Shown here one piece after another: positions 11,901-18,444 of a DNA stretch of 20,000 bases; the first letter of the stretch is position 1; each line of letters opens with the position of its first letter. Source of the stretch: Seison nebaliae (taxonomy: Eukaryota); assembly GCA_023231475.1 (NCBI GenBank), contig JALJEE010002959.1, positions 52,611 through 72,610 on the forward strand, in the 5' to 3' direction. The notes beneath the pieces were generated by a model. That model saw nothing but the letters and a program-made list of their open reading frames with translations. It ran no database searches and was not told where the DNA came from. A program made the position numbers and the translations under genes.

Positions 11901-12502
11901 ACACATCAGATATGGTGGATATCATACTGACATTTCGAACGATGATTCCCATTTATTGTTCCATCGAAACTGACGTTCAGACTCGTTTAGACATTTGTCA
12001 TGTTTTCGATACGTTGAGACGTTTCTATGATAAGTCGGTGCAATTAATGGACGAGAATGAGAAAGGAGTTCGATTATCGGATCGATTGGAAATCGTCGAA
12101 GATTGGAAAAGAATGAAATTGACAGAAACAGGAGAACATTTAAATTTGAAAGAGATCGAAGAATTTAATAATTATCAAAAGATTTTCGTTCTGAAAGATG
12201 ACGATTTGAGACGATTCGTTTGTCAACAATTAAATGACTTGACAAATTTGATGAATTCAAAGGAATCGAATTTAATGGAATCGATTGGAAGTGAAGGAGT
12301 TAAACGGACGACCAATCATCAACATCAATGGAATATATTTCCTGATAGTGAGAGGAGGATTGTAAGCAATTGTCGATATAAAGATGTAATGTCTCGATGT
12401 ACTCTCTTATCGACTAAGGAGCAGATTGATCATACATCCACATCATTAGTAATTGACACACGTAATGAATTAGCGGAGATGGATAAGTTAACTCATAAAT
12501 GA
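5927..12502 (+). CDS. INTS4: Integrator complex subunit 4 homologue (HEAT-repeat scaffold), greatly expanded, 2191 aa, apparently a single exon
   Basis: Uninterrupted 6.6-kb ORF. The central block (~8755-9930) follows remembered INTS4 motifs in order: DVFSCLCELVSHKHADVRENSLKLL..LCQTLNKTL, FSSGQKWNAD, GAFIHGVEDEFDIVRITAVESL, DLLIDLLNDELHRVR, LDHEQLIDLTASLDDAS, IYYCLAALGRHHP, LLPQYTSNFYRYLR. The flanks are divergent and rich in low-complexity inserts. Confidence 0.85.
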   Translation: MMNKNRSSIYLMTNQFVQKTQLLRDENYSSSVVGNCWGKELEVKLTEEKESSNDWNNNGYFLMNLSKHLHEMKIIDKLIYWYCWNGNESRRESVKRLEEYLIDFIVIDLWNHILNGHSDENTVKFYLLSRIHFSYNFPSILLMNYLNFHLSWSNDGEMSLKMFFKEFQEYLHEIKLNEILTNYKSCGNSRNVLMEGMSKEFLIKSIFTNIVQLMKENDVSFKKHAYLLKMLLNMFHFIHSIVLVEIYKNIYEVSLKVNGVKSTEFSHLYRQLVIGVQTLNQITQIFIRELKNRSSKIRCYSINLLNNIYLYGMGATTEFLRSYLKFDLVLNSENCEKFIRFRKRTLKEKIELNKEFEELVEIMKENSIRKPLMVEMKKIEKRFINSHYQTQTDMENDEKLINEFGDMNENILREMRIFYRSTPVLPEKQLKSEISFLHQLTFVRQKKFLVEFLKSIQLFFHLLIDRKQDNRSLFLQLRYHLSIIPLDVLLNIENFNCIYNQLLSRNESIRCIFNEFNNDININIDSINLLTNLTLFISYEDLSVEFYVNERANRHLIEPLANSYFYRQYEYLVVDENDRSSTIILKSLQIILNLFEKLTNFSRDIEMESKKEDDHSLNFCEIVKDKSDNYSTELEHVIKSIHLNERREKLLKNRQLRNEEEMSMENIQKFNSLDVTLSSAIETLTINIGRYSPDTVLEFGKYFVKMNRNRFERLLNYRINNLLELKENGKVEGNSLKLSTFEYETVNEMRKELMRKKIYHLFDVRRKMKEKKRISKRIQINHSIHQRFLKLTRKYKRKRENSRHLSKVIEREENVDEDDKDKNDNGDEDEDKNKNDDGDGDGKKKRKKKKKKKVIRKKRLIVTRNMIELRRQKRKLFEIGQKIAIENEIKSIQSLINLNQCNLIENDDGMMIGGRTMNEILLQFDKIKKFGNRSTTTTYIYKRSVFEDVFSCLCELVSHKHADVRENSLKLLRYFSCINVHYLCQTLNKTLLNARSFQRNVPSNQRFSSGQKWNADSVEELNVKEEEIENRNMNNEKNASMEYDVRSFRNNKSQSIPIVRQEGTGAFIHGVEDEFDIVRITAVESLAILAMECPILTSAQLGNHEMASAQDLLIDLLNDELHRVREHSLVVLNEIAEEMKKLRDNYREHFEEDDNRLTSSYYHQRQYLLDHEQLIDLTASLDDASNIVRYLIRQILMKLFIQSHSTLLFVIERMFKNIKRFASAIKANDDVENADATHIYYCLAALGRHHPSHIPNIIGNLFDIPLYVDSKGILIGMDQLMNGKFIMIFNAIAYDEQFLQYNIERKYIQLLPQYTSNFYRYLRLQYGNTFVPEIKYFENLSIANMANSSSNMWIIEKEITIIEISFKNMLNRTDLIWKKYFNSISIMDDKSIDWKVNSDYRSLMSDCRSIGNENERYLFKQFLRLNRLLFNCNLINKSTNNNEKMCDIYDLLQMDFLNGQHIEWSELMNKSLMKEDNFHQLSSSHLSQIRRLLLLIRYNLMKYRCIDLYSSALVDMIEFHMKYYRNSNVDDVLKNLLFVDHFSLIQTLSKSLEKLRSFRYNYHQMRSMFIWCEHEDNYFLDKKYFQSFLLTFTIEIPLILLTSLMENVVMEEECYADMEMEDAILKTKNKGLILILSQMLQLLINLLRLFEQFIRCLTYQYPKKSMKYYQNLLHVINSELRNIFQQQHHNYQQQQLFMLIHFLFHLSEIVILSSLVVSYEEKDDLFNGNLMEIEETNMENEKKSFDEIDVENMNEHIEEEHVTSSLILPSSIRSVKILKITKSRLTIVHDDQLDTNDKDEKDDKMESNITTTDNTNPTNNLSMNNNLPNKMINGIVGNQDDDGGDYENDMENDGLRQLELEDLSDIYLKSESEQEDEKLLEINLTYGLITHIRVIHDINLNMNSILFQQSSTVGIQLLEYFVSSFAIRLISNSIEEYHHVNLNQLISMRIRNPTDLPTKSYLKTFNSNLRLKDPSNIRGDLFKLISQFIREHTSDMVDIILTFRTMIPIYCSIETDVQTRLDICHVFDTLRRFYDKSVQLMDENEKGVRLSDRLEIVEDWKRMKLTETGEHLNLKEIEEFNNYQKIFVLKDDDLRRFVCQQLNDLTNLMNSKESNLMESIGSEGVKRTTNHQHQWNIFPDSERRIVSNCRYKDVMSRCTLLSTKEQIDHTSTSLVIDTRNELAEMDKLTHK
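8372..8500 (+). repeat. Purine-rich low-complexity coding tract (duplicated D/E/N/K unit followed by a poly-Lys/Arg run) within INTS4
   Basis: Encodes DEDDKDKNDNG-DEDEDKNKNDDG-DGDG-KKKRKKKKKKKVIRKK. Confidence 0.8.
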
Positions 12503-13575
12503 TCTGATGGAATTGATCGGAATAATAAATTAAGTTTCCTTCCTACTTTATTTCTTTTAATTTGTTCATGAAAAATAAAAAATTTTATTTCCGTTTTTCT
12601 CAATTATTTTCGTTTGTTTAAATTAAATTAAATTAAATTTGAATTTATTCCAACGAACTGTCGAGTCGGATTTGTGTGTTGAGTAAAACGGGTAAGTTAA
12701 TTGATTAATGAGAATGGAATGACTAACGTTCGTTGGAGTTGTGGGATAAATGTAGGAGGAATTGAATGAATATTAAATTGATGATTGTTGATCGAAGAAA
12801 AAAAATGGAGATTATTCTTCTGATCGACTCCTCTTCAACTTGTTAGGAGAAGGAGACGAGTAGTGCACTTATTGTGCACAGGTAGAGCAATGCGACTACA
12901 ATTGGAACAGTATGTCATATGAATATTTAAATAGAAGTGAATCGTTGCGAATTCATAATTGTCGCTACGTAATTATAAACATTGTGAAGTGCACCGCCAA
13001 CAATCCGATAGATGATGATACTAGGTGCTATCTATCTCATCATTCACTCAATCACTAATTCATTCACTCATTTGTTCGATTTCCCTTTTTTCTCTCCATT
13101 TTTTTGTGCATAATTATCTATGGATCACACTAATTCGAAGATATCGAGAAAGCAAATCGAAATTGTTGTTTTTATCTCCATTATTTCCTCACTCTTGACC
13201 TGATCATGATATTAATTCAATTTGTTTATTCATCGAATTAATTACTTAAAAATTGAACAACTCTCAACTCTCCTAATTATTTCTTTAGGAAATTCCAAAT
13301 TATTCGAGACGAGTCGATCCCCTACTTATTTGGCGATGTTTTAAGTCAAATGAAATTATCTTTCCATTTCCTTTTCGATTTGTCAACAATTTTTAAACAT
13401 TCAATTCTTCTCTCTAACATTAAGTGGAGTTAATGTTGAACCTGCAGTTCATTGACTTCCGTTCACCATCTACAACAATTAGCAGAATGAATGAGATGCG
13501 AATGATTTAAACCAAATCCAGACAACAACTCAACGAGATATCAGATTGAGCGAGAGAGCAAATGATACAATCGTA

Positions 13576-13612
13576 AGAGAGAGAGAGAGATAGGGATAGA
13601 GATAGAGATAGA
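13576..13612. repeat. (AG)n microsatellite running into GATAGA-type repeats
   Basis: agagagagagagagatagggatagagatagagataga, read directly, in the intergenic region upstream of Bsx. Confidence 0.85.
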
Positions 13613-14838
13613 ACAAACGAAAGAAAGATAATAATTTCAAGAAGAAATATTCGTCTTTATCAGGGAATGATGTTGAAAAGCAGAAAATTTATCGAATTCG
13701 ACTAATTGAGATTGTCAAATTTCTTAATAAATCGATTCTGGCATAATCTCATATAAATCTTAATCAATTCATTTCCTTCCAAAACGAATGTTTTGGGCGA
13801 AGTTGAATTAGAGAGAATTCTCTTCATCCATTCCAACTTCCATCATTTTTCAAACCATTTTCCTCCTCTCAATTCATGAGTAGATTATGTTAACTAGTTT
13901 CTGTTCGATGTAAGATTTGAAGGAATGTAAGTGATTGACGATTCGTCGTTTGCTGCAAAGGAATAGAAGCAGGAAAACTGAGATCTACGTCGTCATTTCG
14001 TCATCATCTACAGACGACGAAACTTTATCACATGCGAACACGATTTCCATATTTAAAAGTTATTGACAACTGTTGATCTGCATGAATTTTGTCGTTTGTT
14101 AAGAGTTAATCCTCCCATAATTGCTCTTTTATCCACTTTAACATCAAACAATGCCTGATTATATTGTTTCATCTGAACTGATAAACGATAAAGAGAATTG
14201 TAAGTAAAATTTAGTTGCAATTCATTTATTTCGTCTTATTTTCATTTTTCTATACATAGATGAGGAAATGAGATGATGGAATTGTTATAAAATGTATTCG
14301 TCTAATTGTTTTCTCCGAACGAAAATTCGAATGACAATTATACTATTTGAAATTGAATTTATAATAATGAGAAAATCGAATAGAATTCATTAGGAATTCT
14401 AACTAATATTTTCTCGTTTTTTTTCTTTTTTTTTCCTTCCAACGACGAATGTTCCATATTGACGAGGTGAGTGGAAGAAATGATGGATAAATAAATGGAC
14501 GAGACATATCGAATTATTGGTGTCTATGACTGACGGATATTGGTGGTGGGATGCTCATTACTCTCCTGTCTAGACATATAATGAGCAGTTTGGGAGTAAG
14601 TTCATGGAGTCAAGTTGAAAATAGGATGATGACGGACGATGATAGGTACTCGATAAATAAGAGCGCAAGATTGGAGAGAAAGAGAGAACAATTGTACGAG
14701 CGAGCATATTTAATTGAATCGATTCACTTTAAACAAACGAAAAATCAGTCGATCAACTAATTATTTCATTAGAAAAATCGAATTTAGAAATCTTCCTTTT
14801 CTTCCCATTTAGATCGTCGTGTTATTCGCTGTTTGGTT

Positions 14839-15975
14839 ATGTCGCAATTCTCCATCTTCTCACTTCTCCCCAACAATCCCGTGTCGGCCAACTCATCGAC
14901 CAATCAATTCCCGACTGGAAATTATAAAGAAGAGACTGTCTCTTCATCTTCCTATCCCATTTCTCCCGTATCACTCAAAGACCCCAATGACAATCAATCG
15001 GCGAAACCTGGAAATAATGAGGTCTCATCATCAACATCGAATTTCCAGAATGATATCCAATGTTTCCTCCAGATGCAACATGAACAACCTGAATCTTGCT
15101 CGCCGCCACGACAATTCAAAGAAACGATGAGACCTCAATCCGCCGAAGACTGTCATCAGACGCCACAAATGTTGTTCAATACTAACAATGTAACATTGAA
15201 GAAGATTCTGACACAATTGTCATCAATCGCAGAGGATAATGTCGATCCGTTATGTAGCAATGGAAATACAGAGGATAAAGATGTTTCTATGGCGAACGAG
15301 AATGGGAATAAGAACAATAACAATAACAATAGTGTTTTGTTGAACGATTTGGAGAATAGGAATGGTTTCAAGAACTTTCCATTATTTCCTCCCAATCCAC
15401 CAAATGCATCGAATAGTACATCTATCAATTCATTATTGTGGCGCAATTTAGTTGAAATTGCAAAGAAGAGTTCGAAACACGAAAACTTTCAAAATGAAAT
15501 CGATTCGAATGTTGAACAATCGGACAATATTTCGGAGAGTCAAGTTATTTCTCTAATAGTTCCTCATTAATTTTCATTCATTCATTTAGAAATACGATTA
15601 CTCATTATCTCCAATCAAATCAGCAGTTGATGATTATAGGAATGTTATGATGTTGCCCAGTTCACGTCGACGAAAAGCTAGAACCGTCTTTTCCGATTAT
15701 CAATTAACCGGATTAGAGAAACGATTTGCAGCTCAGAAATATTTGAGCACACCAGAACGATTGGAATTGGCTGCCTATTTACAATTGTCGGAGACACAGG
15801 TTTGATTCTATTATAATTTTATTAATCTTTTCTTTCATTTGAATTTTTTCTTTACTCATCATTGTTCATTCAACAGATAAAGACGTGGTTCCAGAATCGA
15901 CGAATGAAATATAAGAAGCAAAATCGCCATAAATTATGCACCACTTCGGCACAGTTATTAAATATTAAACAATAA
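14839..15975 (+). CDS. Bsx: Brain-specific homeobox (Bsx/Bsh) transcription factor, NKL-subclass ANTP homeodomain, ~337 aa, 3 coding exons
   Basis: Exons 14839-15543, 15590-15799 and 15877-15975 (TAA), with phase-0 GT..AG introns of 46 and 77 nt. Spliced homeodomain: [71 protein letters not shown] and YLSTPER are Bsx/Bsh-diagnostic. N-terminal [10 protein letters not shown] resembles an eh1 motif. The start codon is uncertain because an acceptor at 14812 suggests an upstream exon. Confidence 0.92.
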
Positions 15976-16047
15976 GTAATTTCACAGAATTTTTATTTAG
16001 TCATTCTTTCAATTAAACTATTCTATGTGGAACTCATTATTCGTGTT

Positions 16048-16053
16048 AATAAA
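16048..16053 (+). promoter_or_regulatory. Candidate polyadenylation signal of Bsx
   Basis: AATAAA ~70 nt after the stop and just before the compositional change. Weak evidence in AT-rich DNA. Confidence 0.35.
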
Positions 16054-16429
16054 ATTCCTTTTGAATGGAATTCGTTTTTCGTAAAAGCTCCAAACTACCC
16101 AAAATAGATATTATAAAACAATTTCTACATTTTAATCACAAATTAATAAAATTTAACCGATTTCTTGCTCTTTTAACTATTAAACCATTCACTTATTCTT
16201 CCCTCTTTCTCATATTTTCTTCTAATCTAATCAGTGCAATTCTATTATTCCGATAATGTTGCCTAAGAGGAAATCTTTTAAGTTCTGCTTATTCTTTTTA
16301 TTGTTTCTTTTTCTTTCTAGTTCAAGAAGGTTGAGTGACGTAAAAACATTCATGGGAAATAATTGCGTCGTTGTAATGCTTCGATCAGAATCCTACGATT
16401 AAAGGTAGCCGATTAAATATCAATAGTCC

Positions 16430-17296
16430 TAAACATATTAAAACGCGCTGTCCAAAGAATGGGAACTGGAAATTGTTGATGAAAACATATTTCGAAATGT
16501 TCCGAATTTGAAACAATATGTTGACGATAACAATTGACCAACGTTTTAACGGAATACACTGTTACATTTGAAAAACAAGTATCCTAATCAATTGAACAAT
16601 TGAAGTTCTCAAGCATTAATTGTGCTCCCAATTTTGGTTATATTCTTTAATTAGAAATCGAAAAATGAACATCCTATCCAAAATTGAGGATTTTAGACTT
16701 ACAATTCATGAAGCATATTGTGGATCAACAACAACAGGGCATAGGAAACATGGGCAGTTGTATTTTGCCTAATAGATAAGACAAGCAATATGAAATAATT
16801 TACATTATCTAACATCCGTCAAACCAGTCTAATGTAAACTGTGCAGAATGATATTATTTTCTTTTCCGTTGTTCCCAATTTAACATCCATTATCTAATTG
16901 ATGCAAGACAATGTCTAAACCACTTCCTTCCGCAGTTATAACAATTTTAGTATGGGGAAATACAAAATAGTATGGGGATAAATCTGAGAAAATGTCTCGC
17001 ATGAAGCGCACATTTTGGTATATTTTTTTTGCTAATGGAACAATCGAAGGACAGGAGTAGACTTCACTGTCATTATGAACTGAGAATTTACTTGGGGACA
17101 TCGAGGGCTTAACTGCACAAATGGATGCATACAAATTAGTAGAACATATGAATGACAGAATGAAAAGAATACGATATGCGGAACCAAAACAAATACACAA
17201 GGCTTTGAATCTAGGACAAAACGGCACCTTTTTATATTTTTTTCTAAAATATGAGAAATTGGACAAAACAGCACTCTTTTCTATACATACTTTTTG
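16430..17296 (+). mobile_element. Highly degenerate, internally deleted Ty3/gypsy-like LTR-retrotransposon pol relic (RT fragment, possible RNase H, integrase fragment)
   Basis: Fragments across stops and frameshifts, in order: IFRNVPNLKQYVDD (YxDD at 16517-16528); LLHLK..QV..IEQLKF..IN; FGYIL (16633-16647, FLGxxI-like); MGI..MSRMKRTFWY (~16972-17021, integrase Zn-finger region-like); TAQMDAYKLVEH..RYAEPKQIH (17112-17198, similar to the integrase core before SDxG). RT before INT fits gypsy/BEL rather than copia. No LTRs seen; boundaries are approximate. Confidence 0.55.
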
Positions 17297-17578
17297 AGTC
17301 TGTTCTATTGATTGAAAGAGAGAGAAGTAGATAAGAAATTTCCTTTTCTGATATAAAGAAAGATACGGATAGAGAACAACCAAGTCAGTTTTCACATTAT
17401 GAACTCAAAAATTAGGAATAAAAAGGTAATTTTGTTTGTTCGAGTAAAATAATTTATATTTTCAATGAAATATTATAAGAAATAAAAAAGTTATTTGGGA
17501 ATTATATTTATTTTCTGTACAAAAATATGGGAGTAATAACATATGAAACAAACAAGCAAAACAAAAAAGTTAAAATAT

Positions 17579-17631
17579 AATAATGAATGATCGCTCTTCT
17601 ACCACTGAATGATCAAAATAATGAATGATCG
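17579..17631. repeat. Short direct repeat: AATAATGAATGATCG x2 with an intervening TGAATGATC
   Basis: 15-mer at 17579-17593 and 17617-17631; partial third copy at 17606-17614. Confidence 0.85.
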
Positions 17632-18415
17632 AGGTGTAGTCGGTGATTCGTCACGATTCTTACTCTTCATCCGCCAAAGTTTCACGGCTTCTAGATTTGA
17701 GTCGCTTAACAATTGACCGACGTCAGATGAGGTGGTCGACGGATGGAAGTTCGTTACCAACACTAAACGGATAGCAGGCTTGCGCGGACGAGGTTCCGCA
17801 CTGAGAGCGACGCAGTTGGTATGGGTGGTCGATCGGAAACCTTGCTCTTCTTTATATGTATGGAGTTGTTAGCCGGTTTCGTGATGGTCGCTGCATTCTT
17901 AGACGCGGCTCTCTGAGGCTTCGCATTATTGAGATCGATTATCTGGTGTGGAATGCCATCCACATTGGCAGAGGTTTTTGATCCAAGTTCAAGAATCTTG
18001 CAATATGAGGGTGACAATTCTTCCGAAAAATTCGCACAACTACTCTGGTTGTGCTGCACGTTGAGAATGTTAAGGTTATCGATGATCGTTTTCTGATTCG
18101 CGATAGCTGTCTTTAAGGAGGCGCCAATCTCATTAACAATTGCGAGTGAGTTGTCGGAAGAGAAATTGTTGGGAGAGATAGCTGAGAAAGTATCCTGAAG
18201 TAGCGTCAATATTTGTTCATTGGAGACTCGTTTAGGTTTATACTTCTTTTCATCTCTCAGCGGAGTCTTGCTGGGCGATCTTTCCCGTTTTCCACGGTTG
18301 AGTTGGCTGACGTTGGGTGTCGATGAAGGGTTTTTGGGCGATCAGGGAGATTACCCGTGCCAAGATTCGAGAGAATCGAATTTTTAGATAAGTTTTGCAC
18401 ATTCGAATCAGTCAT
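17599..18415 (-). mobile_element. Frameshifted, 3'-truncated non-LTR (LINE) ORF1-like relic
   Basis: Joining three frames gives MTDSNVQ..PDRPK / NPSSTP..GKRERSPSKTPLRDEKK..(coiled-coil-like IVNEIGASLKTAIANQKTIIDNL)..PSYCKIL.. / ..LSAEPRPRKPAIRLVLVTNFHPSTTSSDVGQLL..VKLWRMKSK..PRSFII. The last part resembles the RRM-like domain of CR1/L2/Jockey-type ORF1. The segment is more GC-rich than its flanks. The family call rests on pattern resemblance only. Confidence 0.5.
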
Positions 18416-18444
18416 GCCAAAAGCTGAAATTTTTTTTCGAATTT

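Noticed and set aside
12616..13280. Many TAATTA/TAATTG homeodomain-like sites and an (AATTA)n run
   Set aside because: Not distinguishable from background at this AT content without statistics.
14551..14760. 69-aa ORF upstream of Bsx
   Set aside because: No motifs; lies inside the candidate 5' intron or promoter region.
16704..16844. H..H..CKLC pattern as an integrase HHCC zinc finger
   Set aside because: Interrupted by four stops, and a better Zn-finger-region match lies at ~16972-17021. This stretch may be RNase H remnant or noise.
16880..17395. 171-aa minus-strand ORF (and nested 80-aa ORF) as a host gene
   Set aside because: Non-ATG start, no recognisable domain, and antisense to integrase-like fragments.
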